Source: Candidatus Westeberhardia cardiocondylae (GTDB lineage: Bacteria > Pseudomonadota > Gammaproteobacteria > Enterobacterales > Enterobacteriaceae). Taken from it: a stretch of 32,000 nucleotides of DNA. Location of the stretch: contig JABYQC010000001.1 of NCBI GenBank assembly GCA_024648765.1, positions 309,000-340,999 of the forward strand. The letters are read 5' to 3'. Of this stretch, positions 1-8,652 are shown piece by piece; the stretch's first letter is position 1; the number at the start of each line of letters is the position of its first letter. Position numbers and translations under genes: made by a program. Under the pieces are notes generated by a model that saw only the letters and a list, made by a program, of their open reading frames with translations, did no database searches and was not told the DNA's origin.

Positions 1-9
1 ATCACCCCA
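1..9 (+). tRNA. Probable 3' end of tRNA-His, truncated by the window edge
   Basis: The window opens with ATCAC-C-CCA. This matches acceptor 3' strand + C73 discriminator + CCA of enterobacterial tRNA-His (E. coli hisR ends ...CCAC-C-CCA as I recall). The E. coli order argX-hisR-leuT-proM puts tRNA-His directly upstream of the Leu(CAG)/Pro(UGG) pair seen here. Only 9 nt are visible, so this is weak. Confidence 0.3.
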
Positions 10-25
10 AATAATTTTTATATTT

Positions 26-113
26 GCGAAGATGGCGAAATTGGTAAACGCACTAGATTCAGATACTAGTACCCCTTACAAGGAAATTGAGGGTTCAAAT
101 CCCTCTCTTCGCA
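26..113 (+). tRNA. leuT: tRNA-Leu, anticodon CAG (type II, long variable arm)
   Basis: Hand-folded cloverleaf. Acceptor stem is GCGAAGA (26-32) paired with TCTTCGC (106-112), discriminator A113. Anticodon stem is CTAGA/ACTAG with loop TTCAGAT, anticodon C60-A61-G62. T arm is GAGGG-TTCAAAT-CCCTC (89-105). The variable region is 19 nt. It is collinear with my recollection of E. coli leuT. No CCA is encoded (next bases are gaa). Confidence 0.92.
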
Positions 114-153
114 GAAAATATATACAGTAGTTTTTATTATAAAATATAAAATT

Positions 154-227
154 CGGCGAGTAGCGTAGCTTGGTAGCGCGACTGGTTTGGGACCAGTAAG
201 TCAGAGGTTCAAATCCTTTCTCGCCGA
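154..227 (+). tRNA. proM: tRNA-Pro, anticodon UGG
   Basis: Acceptor stem is CGGCGAG (154-160) paired with CTCGCCG (220-226), discriminator A227. Anticodon stem is ACTGG/CCAGT with loop TTTGGGA, anticodon T188-G189-G190. T loop is TTCAAAT. It is nearly collinear with E. coli proM as I recall it. No CCA is encoded (next bases are ttt). Confidence 0.93.
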
Positions 228-266
228 TTTATTTTAAAAAACAATAATATCAAAAAATTATACAAA

Positions 267-1106
267 TTATTTCCATTGTCCTAATGTTATTCTATCATTT
301 TTATTATGATCTTGAATCGTGATAATGTTACAAAACATAGCACGAGAAAAAAAAGAACGTACTATTTTTCCTTGATTCCAACCATGTTCCAAAATTAACC
401 ATCCACCAGAAGTCAGATAATAATTAGCTTGAAAACATATTTTTTTCAAATCCTTTAAACCATTATTTTCGGATAATATAGCATAACGTGGTTCATAATA
501 AATTTCTTTATCTAAACATAAAAATTCTTCTAAAGAAACATATGGAGGATTACTAATAATTAAATGATATAATTGAAATTTTAAAGATTGAAACCAATTA
601 CTGTATACAAAATTAATGTTTTTCAAATCAAGTAGAATAGAATTTTTTTTTGCTATTGTTAAAGCATGTAAACAATAATCTACAGCAGTTATTTTCCACG
701 TTGGTTTTTCTACAGCTAATGCTAAAGATATAGCACCAGAACCAGTACCAAGATCTAATATCTTGGCATGACGCAATACAATCAACTGTAATGCTTGTTC
801 TATCAAGCATTCAGTATCAATTCTAGGAATAAAAGTATATGGAGAAACATGTAAATCTAATGACCAAAATTCTTGTCTTCCTATCAGATATGCTATTGGT
901 TCATGATTTTCTCTACGATGTAACAAAGATTCTAATATAACTAATTGTTCATTTGTTAATACAGTATCTGAATATGCAATTAATTGAGATAAATTAATCT
1001 GAAGGACTTTGCAAAATAATATTTCAATTTCACGCATTACATAAGATTTTTTAAATATTTTATATAATCTTATATAAGCACTTTTTATCCATTGATCCCA
1101 ATTCAT
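267..1106 (-). CDS. prmC: Release-factor glutamine N5-methyltransferase PrmC (HemK)
   Basis: 279-aa ORF with an AdoMet-binding motif (ILDLGTGSGAISLA) and the catalytic NPPY motif (IISNPPYV). It starts 6 nt after the prfA stop, as in the enterobacterial prfA-prmC operon. Confidence 0.93.
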   Translation of the reverse strand: MNWDQWIKSAYIRLYKIFKKSYVMREIEILFCKVLQINLSQLIAYSDTVLTNEQLVILESLLHRRENHEPIAYLIGRQEFWSLDLHVSPYTFIPRIDTECLIEQALQLIVLRHAKILDLGTGSGAISLALAVEKPTWKITAVDYCLHALTIAKKNSILLDLKNINFVYSNWFQSLKFQLYHLIISNPPYVSLEEFLCLDKEIYYEPRYAILSENNGLKDLKKICFQANYYLTSGGWLILEHGWNQGKIVRSFFSRAMFCNIITIQDHNKNDRITLGQWK

Positions 1107-1112
1107 AGGATT

Positions 1113-2177
1113 TTAAGAAAATAAAGAAGATTTTTTTTGTATCATAGGATTAATTAAAATTTGTAGATTACCTCTGATTATTTTATCTAAACAATATACA
1201 GTTAATCCAATTCTATGATCAGTAACTCTTTTTTTTGGAAAATTATATGTTCTAATACGATCAGACCGATCACCTGTTCCTAATAAACAACGTCTTTTCA
1301 AAGATTCTTCTTGTTTGATACGATTTTTTTCATTATTATATAATTTTGAAGATAATAGCGATAAAGCTTTAGCTTTATTTTTATGTTGAGAACGTTCATC
1401 TTGACATTCTACAATAATTCCAGTAGGTATATGAACAACACGAATTGCTGAATCTGTTGTATTTACATGTTGTCCTCCTGCGCCAGAAGAACGAAAAGTA
1501 TCAATTCTTATATCATTGAAATTAATATTTTTTGCTAATTTTTTAGGAATTTCAGGAATTACCACTACAGTGCAAGAAGAACTATGCACACGACCCTGTG
1601 ATTCGGTATCCGGAATTCTTTGCACACGATGTCCACCAGATTCGAATTTTAATTGACTATAAGAATCTTTATGCGATATACGAGAAATAATTTCTTTATA
1701 CCCCCCATATTCTCCAACAGTACTACTTACAATATCTATATTCCATCCCTGCATACAAGCAAACCGATTATACATTTTAAATAAAACACCTGCAAATAAT
1801 GAAGCTTCATTACCTCCAACACCAGAACGAATTTCAAGAAAACAACCATATTTTTTGTTTTTCAAATTTTTTTGATACAATAAATTATATAGTTTATTTT
1901 CTATATTTTTTTTTTGTATCAAAGCATCTTCTATGGTTTCTTTAGCTAAATCACATAATTCAGAATTCAATAACATTTCTTTAGAAGTATAAATATCTTC
2001 CTTATAACGATACCATAAACGAAAATAAGATATTATTTCACTTAATTTTGCATACTCTTTGGATAAAGACTTGAATGTTTCAGGATTACGAATAATATTA
2101 GAATTTCCCAAAGATATTTCAATATCTTTAAAACGTTTTTGTAATAATTTTAATTTTAAAATGACTGAATTTTTCAT
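1113..2177 (-). CDS. prfA: Peptide chain release factor 1
   Basis: Contains the GGQ motif (SGAGGQHVNTTDSAIR) and the RF1-type block FESGGHRVQRIPDTESQGR. It is collinear with E. coli RF1. I place the start at the second ATG (2177, MKNSVILKL...) because it aligns with E. coli MKPSIVAKL. The ORF track extends to 2189. Confidence 0.93.
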   Translation of the reverse strand: MKNSVILKLKLLQKRFKDIEISLGNSNIIRNPETFKSLSKEYAKLSEIISYFRLWYRYKEDIYTSKEMLLNSELCDLAKETIEDALIQKKNIENKLYNLLYQKNLKNKKYGCFLEIRSGVGGNEASLFAGVLFKMYNRFACMQGWNIDIVSSTVGEYGGYKEIISRISHKDSYSQLKFESGGHRVQRIPDTESQGRVHSSSCTVVVIPEIPKKLAKNINFNDIRIDTFRSSGAGGQHVNTTDSAIRVVHIPTGIIVECQDERSQHKNKAKALSLLSSKLYNNEKNRIKQEESLKRRCLLGTGDRSDRIRTYNFPKKRVTDHRIGLTVYCLDKIIRGNLQILINPMIQKKSSLFS

Positions 2178-2791
2178 AATACACAACATAATATAATAAC
2201 ATTTTGCGAAATCAAATAAATTGATAATATAAAAATAAAAATATCATTTTATATTTTATAATACAAAAAAATTCCAACATATTAAAGTAAATATAATTTA
2301 TTAATATATTTTGTAAAAAAGTCCAATGTTTATTAAAATAAATATATTTTATATAGCAAAATTCTATCGAAGCATATCAATATTACACATATAATATTTC
2401 ATGCACAAATATAAATAATACAATTAATACATAATATGCAAAATACACCATAATATATATGTTTACACGAGTCATATATATAATAATTATATACATTATC
2501 TGTTCAGTTAATTTTATTTTGTTACCATATTAAATATCATATAATATAGTATTAATTTATACAATTATTAATGCTATAAAAAATTTTTTTAAAATATATA
2601 AAATTTACTTTAAATATATTATATATATTTTGTATAATTCATACATGATTTATAGAAATACAATACACCAAATAGTACATATATACATAAAGAATTAACA
2701 TTACATATTTTCACGAAAAATATTGTAATTATATAATCTTTTTATTTGCGTAAGAAATAAAATAAAATTTCTTGTACATACTAATTATTAT

Positions 2792-3748
2792 ATGTCTGAT
2801 ATAAAACTTTTTTCTGGTAATGCTATTCCTAAATTGGCTAAAGATATTGCCAAACGTTTATATACAAAATTAGGAAATGCTATAGTAAGTTGTTTTAGTG
2901 ATGGTGAAATAAACGTACAAATTAATGAAAATGTTCGCGGGGGGGATATTTTTATCATTCAATCCACTTGCTATCCAACAAACAACAATATTATGGAATT
3001 AGTAGTAATGATTGATGCCTTAAGAAGAGCATCTGCAGGAAGAATAACAGCGGTCATTCCATATTTTGGATATTCCAGACAAGATAGAAGAGTAAGATCA
3101 GCTCGTGTTCCTATTACTGCAAAAGTTGTAGCAGACTTCTTATCTAGTGTAGGAGTAGACAGAGTATTGACAGTGGATTTACATGCAGAACAAATTCAAG
3201 GATTTTTTGATGTACCAGTAGACAATGTATTTGGTAGTCCTATTTTATTAGAAGATATGTTACAGAAAAATTTATATAATCCTATTATTGTGTCTCCAGA
3301 TATCGGTGGGGTAGTTCGCGCTAGAGCCATTGCTAAATTATTCCATGATATTGATATGGCTATTATTGATAAACGAAGGTCACGCGCAAATATATCACAA
3401 GTCATGCATATTATTGGTGACGTTATGAATAGAGATTGTATATTAATAGATGATATCATTGATACAGGTAGCACATTATGCAAAGCAGCTAAAGCACTTA
3501 AAGAAAGTGGGGCAAAAAGAGTTTTTGCATATGCAATTCATCCAATTTTTTCGGGAAAAGCACATGAAAATATTAAAAATTCATTTATTGATGAAGTAGT
3601 AATTTGTGACACAATTCCTTTAAATGAAAAAATTAAATCTCTTCCTAATATTCGTACACTTACAGTTTCAGGAATGCTTGCAGAATCTATTCGCAGAATA
3701 AACAATGAAGAATCTCTTTCTTCGATGTTTGGAAATGGATACCTTTAA
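2792..3748 (+). CDS. prs: Ribose-phosphate pyrophosphokinase (PRPP synthetase)
   Basis: 318-aa ORF starting [11 protein letters not shown]..., with the PRPP-binding loop ([13 protein letters not shown]) and the [17 protein letters not shown] block. It is full length relative to E. coli Prs (about 315 aa). Confidence 0.95.
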   Translation: MSDIKLFSGNAIPKLAKDIAKRLYTKLGNAIVSCFSDGEINVQINENVRGGDIFIIQSTCYPTNNNIMELVVMIDALRRASAGRITAVIPYFGYSRQDRRVRSARVPITAKVVADFLSSVGVDRVLTVDLHAEQIQGFFDVPVDNVFGSPILLEDMLQKNLYNPIIVSPDIGGVVRARAIAKLFHDIDMAIIDKRRSRANISQVMHIIGDVMNRDCILIDDIIDTGSTLCKAAKALKESGAKRVFAYAIHPIFSGKAHENIKNSFIDEVVICDTIPLNEKIKSLPNIRTLTVSGMLAESIRRINNEESLSSMFGNGYL

Positions 3749-3983
3749 TATGCACTAAAAAATGTTTTATATTTATAAAATATGTTATAATTAAATGTAA
3801 GAGTTTCTATATTATCATAATATTTTTAAATAATTTTTTGTAAATATTTTTAAAATCACATATTTATCGTTGATATATAAAAAACCAATATATTCATAAA
3901 AACTATATACATGAATCATCGTTATACATAAATTATATCAATGACAACGTAAATATTATAAGTATATTTTTCTATAATAAAAT

Positions 3984-4574
3984 ATGTTGAAATTAATTGT
4001 TGGTTTAGGAAATCCAGGAAATAGTTATAAACATACTAGACATAATGTAGGTACGTGGTATATTTTTGCTTTATTAAATAAATTTCACAAAAAACTTACA
4101 AAAAATAAAAAATTTTTTGGTTATACGTGTCAGTTAAAAATCAATACTACAAATAATATTTACATATTTATATCAAATATGTATATGAATATATGTGGAG
4201 AAGCAATCAAAAAAATATCTTCTTTTTATAAAATTTTTCCCAATGAAATACTAATAGCGCATGATGATATGAATTTATTTCCAGGAAATATTAAATTAAA
4301 ATTTGGTGGTAGTGATTATGGACATAATGGTATTAAAAATATTATTCATTCCTTAGAAAATAAAAAAAATTTTTACCGGTTACGTATAGGAATTGGAAAA
4401 CCAAAAAAAAATAAAACAACAGAATTTGTTTTGGGTAAACCATTAGAGAAAGAAAAAAAACTTATTCACCATGCTATTAATCAAGCAATACAATGCACGA
4501 ATATTTTAATTATTCAAAATAATATTAATAAAACCATGCATCAACTAAATAAAAAAAATATTAAAATGATTTAA
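3984..4574 (+). CDS. pth: Peptidyl-tRNA hydrolase
   Basis: 196-aa ORF with the Pth N-terminal signature LIVGLGNPGNSYKHTRHNVG and a later GHNG(I/L)K block. It lies downstream of prs, as in E. coli once dauA/ychH are removed. Confidence 0.9.
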   Translation: MLKLIVGLGNPGNSYKHTRHNVGTWYIFALLNKFHKKLTKNKKFFGYTCQLKINTTNNIYIFISNMYMNICGEAIKKISSFYKIFPNEILIAHDDMNLFPGNIKLKFGGSDYGHNGIKNIIHSLENKKNFYRLRIGIGKPKKNKTTEFVLGKPLEKEKKLIHHAINQAIQCTNILIIQNNINKTMHQLNKKNIKMI

Positions 4575-4833
4575 TATTTATTAATATATACCAAAGTTAT
4601 TATAAATGATAAAAATCTAAAAAAATTTTACAATATTAAAATTGAAAAAATTTTTTATATAATACACTAACAAAATATTTTTTATATTATTAATTACCTA
4701 ATGTATGAATTATTTATTTATAATTTTAAATATTTTTAATTAATGCAAAAATAAAAAAGTTATATGCAATTTTTTTAAAACATTATACATAAATCACAAA
4801 AAATCTTCTAAAATGTTTCTTAAAAAATAAATA

Positions 4834-4849
4834 TACGATATTTATCGTA
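4834..4849 (-). terminator. Candidate weak intrinsic terminator downstream of mnmE
   Basis: On the minus strand, 18 nt after the mnmE TAG stop, there is TACGAT-AAAT-ATCGTA (6-bp stem, 4-nt loop) followed by TATTTATTTTTT. The stem is short and only 2 of its 6 bp are G-C, so this is tentative. Confidence 0.3.
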
Positions 4850-4867
4850 CTCTAAAGAAAATATTTT

Positions 4868-6259
4868 CTATTTTCCAATGCAAAAAGTAGAAAAAACTTT
4901 TTTGATTAAATCATTTGAATTAAATTTTCCAATAATTTTAGATAATATTTTTTGTGTTGCATACAGTTCTTCAGATATTAATTCATCAAAAGAAAAGGGA
5001 TTATCTAAATATTTTGCAATTTGCAGCAAATGTTTTTTAGCAGAATGTAAAGCATGTACGTGTCTTTTTCTTACTAAGAATTTTCCTTGAAAATTTTTTA
5101 AACACATATTAGATGTTATTTGCTCTTTTAAATACTGTTGTATTAAAAAAATTCCATGATTCAATTTTGTTGATATTGTAATACAAGGATAATTTTGTAT
5201 ATTATATCTTTCGGGTTTTTCATTAGTAAGATCAGATTTATTTCTAATAATAAGAGTAGGTATATTTTTTGGTACATGTGATAAAAACTGTATTTTCAAT
5301 ATATTCGTCATAGGTAATGAAATTTTTTGTGAATCTACTACAAATAATACATAATCTGCATTATTAATAGCTAATAACGAACGTTGTAAACTAATGCGAT
5401 TTATTTCATTAGATATATCATTACATAATCCAGCAGTATCCATAATATGTAATGGAATACCATTGATATAAATTTTTTTACATAACACATCCCTTGTAGT
5501 TCCTGCGCATGCAGTGACAATAGCATTATCGTTTTTTGTTAATACATTAAACAAACTAGATTTTCCAACATTAGGTTCTCCTGCAATAACTATTTTTATT
5601 CCTTCCCGAAAAACACGAACAATTTTTACTTCACAATATATTTTATGAAAATCATCAATTAATTTTTGTAAATCATTTGTAATATCATGTTTAGTATACT
5701 TTAATACATCATCTTCTGGAAAATTTATTATACCTTCTATATTTGTTCTAATTGTTGAAATTTTTTTAATTAATTTATTAATACAAGAAGAAAATGATCC
5801 TAAAACTGACTGTATTGCTAAACGAGAACATTGAATAGACTCAGAATAAATCAAATCAATAATAGCTTCAGCTTGTGTTAAATCTATTTTATTATTTAAA
5901 AAAGCTCTTTCAGAAAACTCTCCTGGATGAGCTACACGCACTCCAGAAAACGAAACAATATTTTGCAATAAAATATCTAATACCATAGGACTTCCATGTC
6001 CTTGTAATTCCAAAACATCTTCTCCAGTAAAAGAATTTGGGGAAGGATAAAATATTGCGATACCCTGATCCAAAATTTTCCCCTGTATATCTTTAAAAGA
6101 TATATACTCTGCTTGTCTTGGTTTAAGTAATTTTCCTAATATTATAGGAATTATTACCGAAGTAACTAATTTTCCAGAAATTCTTATTACACCAATACCA
6201 CCAAAACCAATAGGTGTAGAAATAGCTGCAATAGTATCTAAATTTTTCATATTTTGCAT
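4868..6259 (-). CDS. mnmE: tRNA modification GTPase MnmE (TrmE/ThdF)
   Basis: 463-aa ORF with N-terminal DTIAAISTP..GG.GVIRISG, G-domain motifs GEPNVGKSSL, DTAG and NKSD, and the C-terminal CIGK tetrapeptide typical of MnmE. An alternative start lies at 6250. It sits downstream of yidC, as in E. coli. Confidence 0.94.
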   Translation of the reverse strand: MQNMKNLDTIAAISTPIGFGGIGVIRISGKLVTSVIIPIILGKLLKPRQAEYISFKDIQGKILDQGIAIFYPSPNSFTGEDVLELQGHGSPMVLDILLQNIVSFSGVRVAHPGEFSERAFLNNKIDLTQAEAIIDLIYSESIQCSRLAIQSVLGSFSSCINKLIKKISTIRTNIEGIINFPEDDVLKYTKHDITNDLQKLIDDFHKIYCEVKIVRVFREGIKIVIAGEPNVGKSSLFNVLTKNDNAIVTACAGTTRDVLCKKIYINGIPLHIMDTAGLCNDISNEINRISLQRSLLAINNADYVLFVVDSQKISLPMTNILKIQFLSHVPKNIPTLIIRNKSDLTNEKPERYNIQNYPCITISTKLNHGIFLIQQYLKEQITSNMCLKNFQGKFLVRKRHVHALHSAKKHLLQIAKYLDNPFSFDELISEELYATQKILSKIIGKFNSNDLIKKVFSTFCIGK

Positions 6260-6346
6260 ATTATCAAAAACTAATACTTGAAATAAAATTTCTTAACGAG
6301 AATTATTTTTTAATTACATTAAATATCATTAAACAATTTACTATAT

Positions 6347-7990
6347 TTATATATTTAAACCTATTTTTTCTAATTCACGGTAAATAAATTTTTGTTGAAT
6401 AATCGTAACAAAATTACTTACTATATAGTATAAAACCAAACCAGATGGAAACCACAAAAAAAATATAGTAAATATAATAGGAACAAAAACCATAATTTTC
6501 TTTTGTATCGGATCATCAATAGTATGAGCAGAAGGAAAAAATTTTTGAATAATAAACATAGTTAATCCCATCAAAATAGGAAGAATATAATACGCATCTT
6601 TTTCTGATAAATCATTTATCCACAAAATAAAATGCGCATGACGTAATTCAATAGAATCAGATAACATATAATATAAACCTAAAAAGATTGGCATTTGAAT
6701 CAATAATGGAAAAAAACTACATAATGGATTAATCTTTTTTTCTTTGTATAACAACATTATTTCTTGACTTTGACGAATTTTATCATGGAATTTTTCTCGT
6801 ATTTTTGCAATTTCTGGTTGCAAAATACGAATTTTTGCTATAGACATATATTGCATTTTTGTTAAAGGATACATAATTCCACGTAATATAAAAGTAATTA
6901 TAATAATTGCAAATCCCCAATTTTTTACATATCCATGGATAAATTGTAATAATTTTAATAATGGTTGCGAAATAAACCATAACCAACCATAATCTACTGT
7001 AAAATCTAAATTTGGAGCAACAACTCTCATAGAATCCTGTATTTCTGGTCCTATCCATAAAATTGATTCTAATACATTTTGATTTCCTGGATATACAATG
7101 ATAGAGCTAGACCTAAATCCTGCAATAATTTGCTCATGATTAGGTGAATACTTAATATAAAACATATTATTTCCAGAAGTTTTTGGTATCCAAGCAGTTA
7201 CAAAATATTTTTGTAACATAGCAATCCAACCTTCTTTTGTATTAATATATATATTATCTTTTTTTATATCCTCAAAACTATACTTTATATATTTATTTTG
7301 ACAACATGAATATGCTACACCCCGATATGTACGATATAGCAAGGAACTATCTAATATATTAGAATTTTTAGAGGGTGGAGAAATAGATTGTTGAATTTGT
7401 CCGTATAATATTAATTCCAATGGATAATCTGTAATATTATTAATTTTATAATATACTTTTACTGCAAAACTATTACGATGCAAAACAAAAATTTTTTTAT
7501 ATATAATACCTTCAGAATTAATATAGATTAATGGTACATATAATACATTTGCAGATTTTTCTAATATATAATGATCTTTCTGGCTGAAATATAATGGGCG
7601 ATTTTTTTTATGTACATTGTCCACTCCATTTTTACCAATTAAACCACTTTGGGCTTGATATACATAATTTTGAGAATTTTGTAAAAAATGCACAGGATCA
7701 GAAGAATCTACTGTTTTAAAATAAGTTAAAAGAAATGCTTCTTCAACATTACCACCATAAGTATTAATATATAAAGATAAAACATCAGTCTTTACTGTAA
7801 TAAGTTTTCCTTGTTTATTATGTATATATTTATTTGTATGATTCAAATTATGTGATGTATCACAATGTAAATCTTTTTGTGTATCTATAGTAGAATTTAA
7901 AATTAAAACATCCTTTTGCCATTCTTGCCAAAGCACAAAAGATACAATTAATAATGCAATAATAAAAATATTTCTCTGTAAATCTACCAT
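6347..7990 (-). CDS. yidC: Membrane protein insertase YidC
   Basis: 547-aa ORF. The C-terminal half is strongly collinear with E. coli YidC (NWGFAIIIITFILRGIMYPLTKMQY...PLLIQMPIFLGLYYML...FFLWFPSGLVLYYIVSNFVTIIQQ). An N-terminal TM segment precedes a large periplasmic domain. Confidence 0.95.
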   Translation of the reverse strand: MVDLQRNIFIIALLIVSFVLWQEWQKDVLILNSTIDTQKDLHCDTSHNLNHTNKYIHNKQGKLITVKTDVLSLYINTYGGNVEEAFLLTYFKTVDSSDPVHFLQNSQNYVYQAQSGLIGKNGVDNVHKKNRPLYFSQKDHYILEKSANVLYVPLIYINSEGIIYKKIFVLHRNSFAVKVYYKINNITDYPLELILYGQIQQSISPPSKNSNILDSSLLYRTYRGVAYSCCQNKYIKYSFEDIKKDNIYINTKEGWIAMLQKYFVTAWIPKTSGNNMFYIKYSPNHEQIIAGFRSSSIIVYPGNQNVLESILWIGPEIQDSMRVVAPNLDFTVDYGWLWFISQPLLKLLQFIHGYVKNWGFAIIIITFILRGIMYPLTKMQYMSIAKIRILQPEIAKIREKFHDKIRQSQEIMLLYKEKKINPLCSFFPLLIQMPIFLGLYYMLSDSIELRHAHFILWINDLSEKDAYYILPILMGLTMFIIQKFFPSAHTIDDPIQKKIMVFVPIIFTIFFLWFPSGLVLYYIVSNFVTIIQQKFIYRELEKIGLNI

Positions 7991-8154
7991 AGTAATTACT
8001 TGAATAAAAATTTTCCTGGTAAGAATACAACTTATTTAATCATACCCCATATTATGGGATTAATATTTTTCGCACATAAAAATAAATATACTTTTACCAT
8101 AATATGTTAAAACATTAACATTATAATCTCAAATTGTAAAATGAAAACATAAAA

Positions 8155-8500
8155 CTATTGATAGTAATTCCATATTTTTTTTAATTCTTTTTCTACATGA
8201 ATATTGTCTATTTTGTTTATTTTTTTTTTAATTAATACCACAAAATCAAAATTAAACAACATATTTTTACGTATACGAAAACTTTCTCGTATAATTCTTT
8301 TTATACGGTTACGTTCATGGGATTTTTTAATGTATTTATTAGAAATAACTATTCCTAATCTAGGGATATCCTAAATGGTTATAATGTTTAAAAACAATAA
8401 AGTATGGGTAGTAAAATCTTTCCGCGTGTTTAAAAACGTGAATAAATTGTTTGTTCATTAATAATCTATATTTTTTAGAAAACAAATATCTAGACATCAT
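8155..8500 (-). CDS. rnpA: RNase P protein component RnpA, interrupted by a 1-nt frameshift (pseudogene, assembly error or +1 recoding)
   Basis: Hand translation of the minus strand. Frame A runs from ATG 8500: MMSRYLFSKKYRLLMNKQFIHVFKHAERFYYPYFIVFKHYNHLGYP, then TAG at 8362-8360. Frame B (+1) continues [68 protein letters not shown], with TAG at 8157-8155. Joined, the roughly 114 aa align end to end with E. coli RnpA (...[36 protein letters not shown]...). The gene starts 8 nt after the rpmH stop, as in the rpmH-rnpA operon. Confidence 0.85.
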
Positions 8501-8508
8501 ATTAAAAT

Positions 8509-8652
8509 CTATTTACATGATACAGTTAAATAATATCTTTTTTTGTATCTTCTTCTGGACAAAATATTACGACCATTCTTAGTAGACATTCTTAATCGAA
8601 AACCATGAACACGATATCTTTTTAATAACGAAGGATGAAAAGTGCGTTTCAC
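8509..8652 (-). CDS. rpmH: 50S ribosomal protein L34
   Basis: Hand translation gives (GTG)[50 protein letters not shown], 47 codons. It is collinear with E. coli L34 ([46 protein letters not shown]). The start is GTG at 8652-8650, with AAGGAA ending 7 nt upstream. It is below the ORF-track size cutoff. Confidence 0.92.
   Translation of the reverse strand: MKRTFHPSLLKRYRVHGFRLRMSTKNGRNILSRRRYKKRYYLTVSCK

Noticed and set aside
628-810. Small ORFs nested in or antisense to real genes (628-810, 3196-3483, 4878-5090, 6783-7058, 9682-9924, 11101-11286, 11992-12312, 15450-15749, 15582-15776, 15816-16028, 21858-22091, 22869-23063, 26943-27161, 28358-28552, 29778-29960, 30321-30515, 30959-31171)
   Set aside because: Nearly all overlap a longer ORF with clear homology, in another frame or on the other strand, and have low-complexity composition. 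30321-30515 is antisense to the der 3' end and otherwise lies in the der/udk spacer. I treat them all as artefacts of the six-frame track.
6616-6624. A perfect DnaA-box consensus TTATCCACA
   Set aside because: It is a single copy inside the yidC coding region, and I expect about 0.3 chance occurrences in a window of this composition. It is not clustered, and no dnaA gene is present here to use it.
8032-8100. A 22-codon minus-strand ORF (MVKVYLFLCAKNINPIIWGMIK) in the rnpA/yidC spacer, where yidD lies in E. coli
   Set aside because: The position fits a yidD relic and there is a faint resemblance to the YidD C-terminus (VK..L..C...P...G). However, it is far too short and diverged to call without an HMM or tblastn test. 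The upstream frame is closed by a stop.
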